The translations under genes were made by a program, and so were the position numbers. Source: an uncultured Aliarcobacter sp. (lineage in GTDB: Bacteria; Campylobacterota; Campylobacteria; Campylobacterales; Arcobacteraceae). Taken from it: 64,000 nucleotides of DNA. Shown here one piece after another: positions 28,763 to 39,079 of this stretch (position 1 is the stretch's first letter; each line of letters begins with the position of its first letter). Below the pieces are notes generated by a model that did not search any database, was not told the DNA's origin, and saw only the letters and a program-made list of their open reading frames with translations. The stretch covers positions 608,001 through 672,000 of the forward strand of contig CAXXLV010000002.1 of assembly GCA_963664305.2 (NCBI GenBank). Reading direction: 5' to 3'.

Positions 28763-30459
28763 TATTTTGCTCCTTCAATTAATGTCATTTCATTTAACGC
28801 ATGTCCATTTGGAACCATTGGTAATACCTCTTCATTTCTTGCAACAACTACTTCAATCATTGCAGGTTTTTTCTTTTCTACAGCATCTTTTAAAGCTGTA
28901 TCAAATTCTTCTTTTGTTGTAACTCTATAACCTAATCCACCAAATGCTTCAACTAGCATTTTAAAGTTAGGTTGAGCTGATAAATCTGTTTCAGATAATC
29001 TATTTTCATAGAACATTGTTTGCCATTGTCTAACCATTCCTAAATAGTTGTTATTTAAAACGATATTTATAACTGGTAAATCATATTCTACACAAGTCAT
29101 AAGCTCTTGAATGTTCATTAAAATAGAACCATCTCCAGTAAAGTTTATAGTAACTTTATCAGTTCCTTTAACTGCTCTTGCTACACCCATAGCTGCAGGT
29201 AATCCAAATCCCATAGTTCCTAAACCACCACTTGTAATCCATTGTCTTGGATATGAAAATGGATAAAATTGAGCTGTCCACATTTGATGTTGACCAACAT
29301 CTGTAGAAATAATAGCTTTATCCCCTAAAAGTTTTCCTACCCTTTCTATTGGCCATTGTGGTTTAATAACTTCATTTGAATCAAGATATCTTAAAGGTTC
29401 TTTTTCTCTGTAATCTTTTAATAAATCAACCCAGTTAGTATAATCATTAAACTCATTCTCTTCGATAGCTTCAATCATAGCTTTAACTGTAACTTTTAAA
29501 TCTCCAACGATTGGATAATCAGGAACAACTAATTTTGCAATTGAAGTTGGGTCAATGTCAACATGAATAACCTTTGCTTTTGAAGCAAACTCATCAAGTC
29601 TTCCAGTTACCCTATCATCAAATCTTGCACCTAAAGAGATTAATAAATCTGTTTCATAAGCTGCCATATTAGCTGCAAATTCTCCATGCATTCCTAACAT
29701 TCCAAAAAATAATGGATTTTCATCACCCATTACTCCTCTTGCCATTAGAGTTTCAACTGCTGGAATATTTAATTTTCTAGCTAATTCTCTAATTTCAAAT
29801 GCACAATTTGATAATATTGCTCCACCACCTACATATAAAAGAGGTTTTTTAGCATTTGAAATTGCTTCCATTGCTTTTTTTAATTGTCTTTTATTGTAGT
29901 TTACTGTTGGTTTATAAGTTGGTAAATTTATTTCTTCTGGATAAATAAATTCTGCAACTTGTGCCGTAATATCTTTTGGGATATCCACATGAACAGGTCC
30001 TGGTCTTCCAGTACTTGCTATATGAAACGCCTCTTTAATAATTCTTGGTAAATCTTCAATTTTATTAACTAAATAGTTATGTTTTGTACAAGGTCTTGAA
30101 ATTCCCACTGCATCAATTTCTTGGAAACCATCTGTTCCAATAATTGCTGTTGGAACTTGTCCAGAAATAACAACTAAAGGGATAGAATCCATATAAGCAT
30201 CTGCTATTCCTGTTATTGCATTTGTAAATCCAGGACCACTTGTAACAATAGCAACTCCTGTTTTACCAGTTGCTCTTGCATAACCTTCAGCTGCAATTAT
30301 TGAAGCTTGTTCATGTCTATTTAGAATGTGTTGAAAATAGTTTTGTTTATATATTTCATCATAGACGTTCATAATAGCGCCTCCAGGGTATCCAAATACT
30401 ACTTCAACCCCTTCTTGATGTAATGATTCTACAACCATTTTTGCGCCAGTCATCTTCAT
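28762..30459 (-). CDS. ilvB: Acetolactate synthase large subunit
   Basis: FGYPGGA, RHEQ, GDGS ThDP motif and GMVRQWQ. Confidence 0.97.
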   Translation of the reverse strand: MKMTGAKMVVESLHQEGVEVVFGYPGGAIMNVYDEIYKQNYFQHILNRHEQASIIAAEGYARATGKTGVAIVTSGPGFTNAITGIADAYMDSIPLVVISGQVPTAIIGTDGFQEIDAVGISRPCTKHNYLVNKIEDLPRIIKEAFHIASTGRPGPVHVDIPKDITAQVAEFIYPEEINLPTYKPTVNYNKRQLKKAMEAISNAKKPLLYVGGGAILSNCAFEIRELARKLNIPAVETLMARGVMGDENPLFFGMLGMHGEFAANMAAYETDLLISLGARFDDRVTGRLDEFASKAKVIHVDIDPTSIAKLVVPDYPIVGDLKVTVKAMIEAIEENEFNDYTNWVDLLKDYREKEPLRYLDSNEVIKPQWPIERVGKLLGDKAIISTDVGQHQMWTAQFYPFSYPRQWITSGGLGTMGFGLPAAMGVARAVKGTDKVTINFTGDGSILMNIQELMTCVEYDLPVINIVLNNNYLGMVRQWQTMFYENRLSETDLSAQPNFKMLVEAFGGLGYRVTTKEEFDTALKDAVEKKKPAMIEVVVARNEEVLPMVPNGHALNEMTLIEGAK

Positions 30460-30641
30460 AATAATTCTCCATTGTTCTAAAAATAAGTATTTATTTTACA
30501 AAAACTATGATTAAATTACCTTTTGATTATCTATTTATTTTATAAATTTAGCTACATCTAATTAAAAAATATCTATATAAATGAATAATTATTAAAAAAA
30601 TTAGCTATAATAAATTAAAATAATAATTTGAAGGAGCCCAA

Positions 30642-31445
30642 ATGGATGTAAATGCAATAAATAATAATTCTATATCAAGTTTAAACACTTCATCATCTTC
30701 TTCTTTACAACTAGAAAAAACCTCTCAAAGTGGTAGGATTAATAATTCTGAAAAAGATGCATTAAGTTTAAGTATCAGTGATTATAATAAACAAAGAGAT
30801 GAACTTTCTTTAAATATTCAATCATTTAATGATGGAATTGCAATATCAAAAATAGCTCAAAATGGAATATCAAAACAACAAGAATATTTAAGTAATGTTC
30901 AAGATAAACTTCAAAATATTAATAATTTACAAAATAAAAATGATATAAAACAAAGTATCAATGAAGATTTAAGAAATTTTAATCAAACTGCATATGAAAC
31001 AAAATATAAAAATGATAATTTATTAGTTCAAAATTATTATGATGACAAATCAACTATTGATATAAATACAAGTACTGGAAATTTTTCTGTTGAAAAAACA
31101 AATACTGCAACTTTCGCAAATGATATTTTTGAAACAGTAAATAATAGTGATTTAAATAATCCAGAAAACGTTTCAAATGCTTTAAATAAAGTTTCAACAG
31201 CATCATCTCAATTAAACGGATTATCTGAACAATTTTCACAATTTAGTAAACAATTAGAAGAAAAAGCATTAGAAAATATAAAAGAGCAAAATAATTTATA
31301 TAAAGAAAATCAAATGAATAAACCAAAAGATTTTGGTAGAGAATCAACTGATTTTTCAAAAGCAAATATTAATGCAAATGCAGGATATTTAGCAGCTTCT
31401 CAAGCAAATATCGTTCAAGCACAAAGTGTAAAAGTTATAGGTTAA
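30642..31445 (+). CDS. Short divergent flagellin-like protein (FlaC-like)
   Basis: Flagellin-N-like RIN...D...LSI...NDGI and C-like DFGRES..FSKANI...ASQAN. Confidence 0.75.
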   Translation: MDVNAINNNSISSLNTSSSSSLQLEKTSQSGRINNSEKDALSLSISDYNKQRDELSLNIQSFNDGIAISKIAQNGISKQQEYLSNVQDKLQNINNLQNKNDIKQSINEDLRNFNQTAYETKYKNDNLLVQNYYDDKSTIDINTSTGNFSVEKTNTATFANDIFETVNNSDLNNPENVSNALNKVSTASSQLNGLSEQFSQFSKQLEEKALENIKEQNNLYKENQMNKPKDFGRESTDFSKANINANAGYLAASQANIVQAQSVKVIG

Positions 31446-32362
31446 TTTTTACACTTTGTCAAACAATAGTTTATAGCAACACCTTCTCTTAGTCCATCAT
31501 CTAAAACTATTGATTCTTTTTTATTTAAAACTTCAAATATTGTTTTATAAATAAAAATTCCAACTTCAATAAATTCAACTCTACCACGACCAACAAGTCT
31601 TGTTATCTTTTCTTTTGAAGAATTTTTAAAAATATCTAAACAATAACTCAAATCTTCAAGATTTACTGTTGCACCATTTACAATATTTCTATCATATGAA
31701 AAGAAATCTTGTCCTAATTTAATAGCTGCTATTGTTGTTGGAGTTCCAGCAGTTGCAACAAAACTATAATTTGATAGATCTAAATTTAGTGAATCTAAAA
31801 ATTGTTTTATTTCTATTTTTTTATTTTCTAAATCATTATGTAAATCATGAGTTTTTAGAAATTTTTGAGTCATAGTAACAATACCAAAATCAAAACTTTT
31901 AGCTTTATATTCATCTTTTGTATTTACAATAATTTCAGTTGACCCACCGCCAATATCAAGAAGTATAAAGTTATCAGAATTAATTTTTTCTCTTTTTAAA
32001 GCATATTTAACAGCAAGTAAAGTAAGTCTAGCTTCTTCATCTCCATTTATTATTTCAAAATTTATTCCTGTTTCATTTTTAAAAAATTCTAAAACTTCTT
32101 GATTATTTTTAGCTTTTCTCATGGCAGCTGTTGTTACACAAACAGCATTTTTTGCTTCATATTTTAGAACTTCGCAAGAATGGTTAATTGCAGATATAAC
32201 TCTTAACATAGCTTCTTTTGAAATAATTCCAGTATCAACTAAACCATCAGCCATTCCAACTACTTCATTGTATTCTGAAATAATTTCATGATTTTTACAA
32301 TCATATTTTAGAACTCTAAAAGAATTAGAGCCTAAATCTACACTTACAATTTCATTATTCAT
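31442..32362 (-). CDS. ppx: Ppx/GppA exopolyphosphatase family
   Basis: DLGSNS, TAAMRKA, DIGGGSTE and GLREG motifs. Confidence 0.92.
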   Translation of the reverse strand: MNNEIVSVDLGSNSFRVLKYDCKNHEIISEYNEVVGMADGLVDTGIISKEAMLRVISAINHSCEVLKYEAKNAVCVTTAAMRKAKNNQEVLEFFKNETGINFEIINGDEEARLTLLAVKYALKREKINSDNFILLDIGGGSTEIIVNTKDEYKAKSFDFGIVTMTQKFLKTHDLHNDLENKKIEIKQFLDSLNLDLSNYSFVATAGTPTTIAAIKLGQDFFSYDRNIVNGATVNLEDLSYCLDIFKNSSKEKITRLVGRGRVEFIEVGIFIYKTIFEVLNKKESIVLDDGLREGVAINYCLTKCKN

Positions 32363-32371
32363 AAATATAAC

Positions 32372-32929
32372 TTATAAATGAGGAATTCTAACTTTTGAAT
32401 TTAATAGATAACCAATAATTATCATCATAAAAAGTACAAAAGTTTCTGAAATAAATCCTGTTAAGAAAATCAAATAAACAAGCCATAATAAAATAGCACC
32501 AAGAGGAGTTGGTACACCTGTAAAATATTTTTCTACTTTACCTTCATCTGCATTGATATTAAATTGAATTAATCTTCTTAATCCTGAAATTACATAATAT
32601 ACAAATGCAAAAATAATTAAAGGAACACTTAAAAAAGGTTCTTTTGTATCAATTACTGCAAAATAAATAAACATTGTAGGCACAATTACAAATGATAAAA
32701 AATCTGCAAATGAATCTAATTGAATACCAAATTGAGTAGATAGATTATATTTTCTTGCAATTTTTCCATCAAATATATCAAATCCTCCAGCAAGCCAAGC
32801 AAAAAGGGCTGCTGCAAAAAACTGATGATGCGTTAAAAAATATATTGCAAATAAACCTGATGCAATATTAAAAAAAGTAACAATATTTGCTAAATTAAAA
32901 TGATTGTACTTATTAAACAAAAAACTCAT
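32372..32929 (-). CDS. CDP-alcohol phosphatidyltransferase (PssA-like)
   Basis: DIFDGKIAR...G..LDSFADF motif. Confidence 0.9.
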   Translation of the reverse strand: MSFLFNKYNHFNLANIVTFFNIASGLFAIYFLTHHQFFAAALFAWLAGGFDIFDGKIARKYNLSTQFGIQLDSFADFLSFVIVPTMFIYFAVIDTKEPFLSVPLIIFAFVYYVISGLRRLIQFNINADEGKVEKYFTGVPTPLGAILLWLVYLIFLTGFISETFVLFMMIIIGYLLNSKVRIPHL

Positions 32930-34038
32930 TCATTTCCTTTGTTATATATATGATATTGATTTCTTCCATTTTCTTTTGACTTATATAAACATTCGTCTGC
33001 GAATTTATATAATTTGTTTGCTGAAATGTATGAATTTGGTTCATATATTATAGCTCCCATTGAAATTGAAACAACGTCGAGTATTTTACTATTTTTATGC
33101 TCAATTTGTAATTCGACAATTCGTCTATTCATATCTTTTAGACAATTTTCTAAAGTATTTATATCTGTATCAAATAAAATTACACCAAATTCTTCACCAC
33201 CTAATCTAAAAACAAATTCATATTTTTTATTAAAATACTCTTTTAAACTAGTTGCTACTTTTTTAAGTGTAACATCACCCAAATCATGTCCATAAGTATC
33301 GTTGTACTGTTTAAAATAATCTATATCGACCATAATAAAAGCACACTTCCAATTATTTGCATTTGAAATGAATGGCATATTATCAAAAATTGTATCAAAA
33401 TATTTTCTATTATAAAGTTTTGTCATAGAATCAGTAATAGAATCAATTTTATATTTTTTATTTAAAACTGTTAATTGTCTATCTTTTTTTATAACTTGAT
33501 AAATAATATAAACAATAATTACAAAAGATAATAGAAGAATTAAAACAATATTATAAAAAAGATAGTTTTTCATCTGTTCATAATCATCTAAGAAAGCTTT
33601 TCTTTGTTTAAAAGCTTGTTGAGTTTCATATTTTATTAAAAAATCAATTCTTTTTAAAATATTTATAAAAAGATTGTATTTGTTTTCTTTAAATGATTGA
33701 AGGATTTCATTGTTGATTGTATCAACAACAATTTTTTCTTCTTCATTTTTATAAGCTTTAAAATAGTAATCCCACTCTTGAAGTATAATCTCTTGTTCTT
33801 TCTTAAATTCACAGTTGTATTTTATTTTTCTACAAGCAGCAATTTCTTGAAAATTGTCAGAAATAATTTGAAGTTTAATAATAGGAATTAAATTTCCAAA
33901 ATATATATTGTCTATTTGTTTTTTTAATTGATCAATTTGACTATAAAATATTAGTGCAGAAACTATTAATGTAGCCAATACGGTGCAAACAAGCATCAAT
34001 AATTTTAAAGTAGTTGATTTTAAAAAATTATATATCAT
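32926..34038 (-). CDS. Membrane diguanylate cyclase with four-helix-bundle-type sensor
   Basis: Two TM helices; DIDYFKQYND and RLGGEEF motifs. Confidence 0.92.
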   Translation of the reverse strand: MIYNFLKSTTLKLLMLVCTVLATLIVSALIFYSQIDQLKKQIDNIYFGNLIPIIKLQIISDNFQEIAACRKIKYNCEFKKEQEIILQEWDYYFKAYKNEEEKIVVDTINNEILQSFKENKYNLFINILKRIDFLIKYETQQAFKQRKAFLDDYEQMKNYLFYNIVLILLLSFVIIVYIIYQVIKKDRQLTVLNKKYKIDSITDSMTKLYNRKYFDTIFDNMPFISNANNWKCAFIMVDIDYFKQYNDTYGHDLGDVTLKKVATSLKEYFNKKYEFVFRLGGEEFGVILFDTDINTLENCLKDMNRRIVELQIEHKNSKILDVVSISMGAIIYEPNSYISANKLYKFADECLYKSKENGRNQYHIYNKGNE

Positions 34039-34136
34039 TAAATTATTTTATCGAAAGATTTATTTAAAAAAAGTAAAATTAGTTTATTTACAATTGCAAT
34101 TTTTTTTGTTAAAATGGAAATAAAAACGAGTTAATA

Positions 34137-34631
34137 ATGGAAGTAGCTAATAACTATCAAAATTTATCATCAATTTACCAAGAATTGTCTATAAAAAAGG
34201 GACAATTATCTAATATTGATAAAAAAGAGTTAGAAAAATCTACTTTTGAAAAAACTGATAAAGTTTTATTAGGTGCAGAAAAATACGATGAAAATGATTA
34301 TCAACGAGTTTTAAATAAGTTTAAAAACAAAGATAGTGAAATAAGAACTCATGAGCAAACTCATGCATCAGGAGCTGCTACAACAAGTGCAATAAATTAT
34401 AACTATCAAGTTGGTCCTGATGGGAAATTATATGCAATGGGTGGAAGTGTAAGATTTGACACTTCTATTCCAAATAATCCAGAAAGTGCAAAAGTTAAAC
34501 TTGATCAATTAAAAAGTGCTTCTAGCTCTGTTAGTTCACTAAGTGGAGCTGATTCAAGTATTGCACAAACTGCAAATTTGAATAAAATGTTATTACAAAG
34601 CTTAAAGGAGGGATATTCTTATGACAATTGA
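34137..34631 (+). CDS. SprA-related (HExxH) family protein
   Basis: DSEIRTHEQTH and YQVGPDGKLYAMGGSV motifs. Confidence 0.85.
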   Translation: MEVANNYQNLSSIYQELSIKKGQLSNIDKKELEKSTFEKTDKVLLGAEKYDENDYQRVLNKFKNKDSEIRTHEQTHASGAATTSAINYNYQVGPDGKLYAMGGSVRFDTSIPNNPESAKVKLDQLKSASSSVSSLSGADSSIAQTANLNKMLLQSLKEGYSYDN

Positions 34632-34860
34632 TAGTAATTTAAATGCAATGTTATCTTCACAATTACAATTAAGTGATATGGCATCAAAAATTGCTGATAT
34701 TTCTAATGTAATTGCTGATCCAGAATTTCAACAAGTAAGTGCTGATTTAATAGACTCTATTGTAGGACAAATTCCAGAAGTTATTTCATATTCAGCAAAT
34801 GCAAAAAGTATTGAAACACAAAATGCAACTTCAGATATGTTATTAAATATTAAGGCTTAA
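34621..34860 (+). CDS. Small protein consisting of a flagellar rod/hook C-terminal-like domain
   Basis: YSANAKSIETQN...MLLNIKA resembles the AYEANAKVI/AFEANAKSI termini of FlgK and FlgE in this window. Confidence 0.75.
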   Translation: MTIDSNLNAMLSSQLQLSDMASKIADISNVIADPEFQQVSADLIDSIVGQIPEVISYSANAKSIETQNATSDMLLNIKA

Positions 34861-34861
34861 A

Positions 34862-35293
34862 ATGTCAAAAGTAAATATAGTTTGTCCACACTGTTTAAAA
34901 ATAAATGCTATTCCAGTTAAAGATAGTTATTCTAAAGCAAACTGTGGTAGTTGTAAAAAATCACTACTTGATACAACTCCAATAGAATTAGATGAAACAA
35001 ATTTTGACCATGTTATTGTAAACTCAGAAATTCCTGTAATTGTGGATTTTTGGGCACCTTGGTGTGGACCTTGTAAAATGTTTGCTCCAATTTTTAATCA
35101 AACTGCAAATAAATATCCATTGAAAGCATTATTTGTTAAAGTTAATACAGAAGTTGAGCAAAATTTATCAAGAAAATTTGGGATTATGTCTATTCCAACA
35201 CTTATTGTTTATAAAAATGGAATAGAAAAAAAGAGAGTTTCAGGTGCCTTAGACCCATTAAGACTTTCAAATTTAGTAAATGAGAGTTTATAA
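34862..35293 (+). CDS. trxC: Thioredoxin 2 (zinc-finger thioredoxin)
   Basis: CPHC..CGSC zinc finger and WCGPC active site. Confidence 0.95.
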   Translation: MSKVNIVCPHCLKINAIPVKDSYSKANCGSCKKSLLDTTPIELDETNFDHVIVNSEIPVIVDFWAPWCGPCKMFAPIFNQTANKYPLKALFVKVNTEVEQNLSRKFGIMSIPTLIVYKNGIEKKRVSGALDPLRLSNLVNESL

Positions 35294-35297
35294 AAAA

Positions 35298-35792
35298 CTA
35301 TTTATTAGTTTTTATAAACTTCTCTAACTCTTTTAATTCATTTTCATTAAATACTGTTATTCCATTTTCTTCAAGTAATTTTGCTGTTAATCCTTGACCA
35401 TCAATTAAATTTGAAGAAAAAGTACCATCATATATCTGTTTATTCCCACAAGATGGTGATTTTGATTTTAAAAGTGCAACTTTTATATTTTCTTCTTTAC
35501 AAATATCTAAAGCTTTTTTTGCACCTAATAAAAAATTTATTGTTACATCCAGTCCTTCTTGATTTTTAACAATAAAAGGTTTGTCATTTTTAACTATTTC
35601 AGCTGGGATTCTAGGAATTGTTAAACCACCTGCAACTTCTGGACAAAATGAATAAATTTCATTATCACATAAAATATCCATAAAAAGTTCTTTTAGTGAA
35701 AATGAAAACTTTGGATTAAATGCTATAGATGAATTATTTCCATCATATCGTACATCTTCTCCCAATAAACAAGAAGATACTAATATTTTCAT
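35298..35792 (-). CDS. DUF523 / 2-thiouracil desulfurase-family protein
   Basis: SSCLLG..VRYDG, CPEV and KSPSCG motifs. Confidence 0.9.
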   Translation of the reverse strand: MKILVSSCLLGEDVRYDGNNSSIAFNPKFSFSLKELFMDILCDNEIYSFCPEVAGGLTIPRIPAEIVKNDKPFIVKNQEGLDVTINFLLGAKKALDICKEENIKVALLKSKSPSCGNKQIYDGTFSSNLIDGQGLTAKLLEENGITVFNENELKELEKFIKTNK

Positions 35793-36577
35793 ATAATATT
35801 ATCTTCTTCCGTTACTTCATCAGTTAATTCTTTTATATCTTTATAAAAGAATGTTGATAGTTGGATATTACTAAATGCAGCTTTCATTGAAATAAAAATT
35901 TTTGGATTTTCTTCTTCTAGTTTTGCTAATAACTCTTTTGTTGCTGCTCTAGCATGAGGCATTTTTACATCAAATCTTAATCCAGGACAAGCTTCATCAC
36001 CAATTACATTGATTTCATTTGCATTTGCAAAAGCTCGTAATTGTCTCTCTCTACAAAAAATCAAAGGTCTAATAACTTCTAAACCATTTTCTGCTTTGTA
36101 AATTGGAGGCATAGAACGCATAGTTCCATTATAGAAGAAATTCATAAAAAATGATTCCATTGCATCATCTAAATGATGTCCAAGAGCTACTTTGTTATAT
36201 CCTTGTTCTTGCGCTGTTGAATATAAGTACCCTCTTCTCATTCTTGAGAAAAATGAACAAAAAGATGAATTTTTTCTAATTTTTTCACCAGCTAATTCAA
36301 AAATTTGTGTATCAATTATTTCATGTTCAATTCCATGTTCTTTACAGTGATTACTTAAAAATTCAACTTGTTCACCCATACCATAAGTTACAGTTACAGC
36401 TTTAAATTCAAAATTATATGGGGCTACTTTTTTTATTCTATTTAATGTATGGATTAAAGTTAGTGAATCTTTTCCACCTGAAAATCCAACTAATATTCTA
36501 TCACCCTCTTTAATTAATCCATATTCAGCATTAGTTTTACCTACAATTGTAGAAATTTTTTTACTTAATTCAACCAA
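35789..36577 (-). CDS. ttcA: tRNA 2-thiocytidine biosynthesis TtcA-family protein
   Basis: PP-loop SGGKDS, CSFFSRMRRG, GHHLDD and IRPL motifs. Confidence 0.88.
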   Translation of the reverse strand: MVELSKKISTIVGKTNAEYGLIKEGDRILVGFSGGKDSLTLIHTLNRIKKVAPYNFEFKAVTVTYGMGEQVEFLSNHCKEHGIEHEIIDTQIFELAGEKIRKNSSFCSFFSRMRRGYLYSTAQEQGYNKVALGHHLDDAMESFFMNFFYNGTMRSMPPIYKAENGLEVIRPLIFCRERQLRAFANANEINVIGDEACPGLRFDVKMPHARAATKELLAKLEEENPKIFISMKAAFSNIQLSTFFYKDIKELTDEVTEEDNII

Positions 36578-36757
36578 TATATTATTCCTATAATTTTTTT
36601 GTGATTATATCAAAAAAGTTTTAATACTATTTTACATCTGATTTTTACAACATTTTTTAGCCTAAAAAAATAATTTAATTTCCTTAAAATGGTTAAATTT
36701 TACTCAAGTTTTAGATAAAAAATATATAATTTCATAAATATTATACAAAGATACAAA

Positions 36758-36958
36758 ATGACATTAGAAGAAGAAACACTTTTCAAAGAAAAAATTAAAG
36801 AAACAATCTTACCATTAGCTATGAATATGACTGAAGAACAAATACGAAATATTATTTTATCAGTTGAAAAAGCAAATAGTGAATTGCCAGAAGGTTTTGG
36901 AGCTATGTTATTTGAACAAATTATGGTACATAAATACAATCAATTAAAAAAGTTATAA
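36758..36958 (+). CDS. Small hypothetical protein
   Basis: 66-aa ORF directly upstream of moeA on the same strand. Confidence 0.65.
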   Translation: MTLEEETLFKEKIKETILPLAMNMTEEQIRNIILSVEKANSELPEGFGAMLFEQIMVHKYNQLKKL

Positions 36959-36965
36959 ATTTAAT

Positions 36966-38186
36966 ATGCGAAATTTTATTAGTTACAAAAAATCTATTGA
37001 AATATTAAATAATATTCAATTAACAAAACCATCTACACAAAAGTTATTCATTACTCAATCTTTAGGAAAAGTTTTAGTAAAAGACATAATAGCATCTCAT
37101 AATAGTCCAGAATTTCCAACTTCTGCTATGGATGGTTATGCAATAAGATATGAAGATTTAAAAAGTGAATTTTTAGAAATAATTGCAAAAAATCCAGCTG
37201 GAAGTGTAACTGAATCTGAAGTTAGTTTAAATAAATGTATAAAAACTTTTACAGGTTCACTTATGCCAAAAGGGAGTGATACTTTAATTCCAATAGAAAA
37301 TGTTGAAGTTATAGATAATTTAATAAAAATAAAAAAAGAAGTTCCTTTTGGATTTGCAGTAAGAGAAATTGGAGAAAACTATAAAAAAGATGAAATCCTT
37401 ATAAAAAAAGGAACTATTATTGGATTTGCAGAAATTGGAGTTTTAGCTTCATTAAATATTTCAATGGTTGATGTAATAGTTAATCCAACTATTGCAATTG
37501 CAAGTACTGGAAGTGAAGTTTTAGATTTAGGTGAAATTCAAACTAATGATGCACAAATAAGAAGTTCTAATCACTTAACATTAGAAGCTTTATTTAAAAG
37601 TAATGGAGCTGAAACTTTACAACTAGGTGTTGTAAAAGATGATATTGATTCTATTACAAATTTATTTGAAACTGCTTTACAAAAAGCTGATATTGTTGTT
37701 ACAACTGGTGGTGTAAGTGTTGGAGATTATGACTTTGTACAAGATGTAATCAAAGACAAATTAAAAGCTGAAGTTTTATTTCATGGTGTATCAATAAAAC
37801 CAGGTATGCATATATTAGTTGCAATTAAAGATAAAAAAATTATTGTTGCACTTCCTGGATTTGCTTATTCATCAACAGTTTGTGCGATACTTTATGTTTT
37901 ACCATTGATTTATAAATTTAGAAATTCTAATGAAACTTTACCTATTATAAAAGCAAAAATAACTCAAGATTTCCCTAAAAAAACAGATAAAACAGTATTT
38001 ACTGCTTGTAATGTAAAATATTTTGATTCAGAATTTATTATTGATTTTGAAGGTAAAAAAGAAGGAACAAGTGCAATTTTAACAAACATGCTTGGAAGCC
38101 CTGCTCTTTTAATTCAAGATGAAACTAGTAGCAATTTAAAAGCTGGAGATTTAGTAGATATATTATTATTAAATCAATTAAAATAA
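36966..38186 (+). CDS. moeA: Molybdopterin molybdotransferase
   Basis: SAMDGYA, TTGGVSVGDYD and IKPG motifs. Confidence 0.95.
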   Translation: MRNFISYKKSIEILNNIQLTKPSTQKLFITQSLGKVLVKDIIASHNSPEFPTSAMDGYAIRYEDLKSEFLEIIAKNPAGSVTESEVSLNKCIKTFTGSLMPKGSDTLIPIENVEVIDNLIKIKKEVPFGFAVREIGENYKKDEILIKKGTIIGFAEIGVLASLNISMVDVIVNPTIAIASTGSEVLDLGEIQTNDAQIRSSNHLTLEALFKSNGAETLQLGVVKDDIDSITNLFETALQKADIVVTTGGVSVGDYDFVQDVIKDKLKAEVLFHGVSIKPGMHILVAIKDKKIIVALPGFAYSSTVCAILYVLPLIYKFRNSNETLPIIKAKITQDFPKKTDKTVFTACNVKYFDSEFIIDFEGKKEGTSAILTNMLGSPALLIQDETSSNLKAGDLVDILLLNQLK

Positions 38187-39079
38187 TGAATAAAAATTTA
38201 TTTCATATTTTAATGGTTTTTGCCATGGTGTTTTGGGGTGCATCGTGGATTAGTACAAAAGTTCTTACAACTTATGTAAATGAATATGAATTAGTGTTTC
38301 TTCGAATGGGTATTTGTTTTATAACAATGCTTCCTTTAATCTATTTCTTTAAACTATCATTTAAATTTGATTTAAAATCTTTATTATTAATCTTAGTTGC
38401 TTCAGTTATTTTAACTCTTTATAGCATAGTTATGTTTTTAGGTGTTGAACATGGAACGGGAAGTTTTGGTGGAGCTTTAGTTACAACATTAATTCCTATA
38501 AATACATTTATAATAATTGCACTTTTAAATAAAAAAACTATTAGTTTAAAACACTCTTTTGCTTTAATTCTTGGTGCATTTGGTGTTTTAAATATGCTTA
38601 ATATTTGGAATTTTGATTTAAATGAAATATTCTCAAAAGATAATATCTACTTTTTATTAGCTTCTTTATTATGGCCAGTTTTAACTATTGTTACAGCAAA
38701 AGCTACAAAAATAAATGCTTTTGTTTTTACTTTTTACACTTATATTATTTCAAGTTCAGTGCTTTATTTATTTTTTGTTGATAATACTATTTTTACAAAA
38801 ATTATGAATTTTGATTTTATCTTTTGGTTTAATATATTTGTAATTACTATTTTAAGTACAACATTTGCAACATCTATTTATTTTATTGGAGCAAGTAAAT
38901 TAGGGGCAAAAGAAGTATCTTCTTATATCTTTTTAGTTCCAGCTTCAGCTTTGATTATTGGAGCAATATTTTTAGGTGAGAAGATAACTTTTAATATAAT
39001 AATAGGAACAGTTTTTACAATAATTGCTATTTATATTTTAAATAATCTAAATTTTCTTAGATTATTTAAAAAAGATTAA
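38186..39079 (+). CDS. DMT/EamA family transporter
   Basis: About 10 TM helices; FWG and FLGE motifs. Confidence 0.88.
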   Translation: MNKNLFHILMVFAMVFWGASWISTKVLTTYVNEYELVFLRMGICFITMLPLIYFFKLSFKFDLKSLLLILVASVILTLYSIVMFLGVEHGTGSFGGALVTTLIPINTFIIIALLNKKTISLKHSFALILGAFGVLNMLNIWNFDLNEIFSKDNIYFLLASLLWPVLTIVTAKATKINAFVFTFYTYIISSSVLYLFFVDNTIFTKIMNFDFIFWFNIFVITILSTTFATSIYFIGASKLGAKEVSSYIFLVPASALIIGAIFLGEKITFNIIIGTVFTIIAIYILNNLNFLRLFKKD

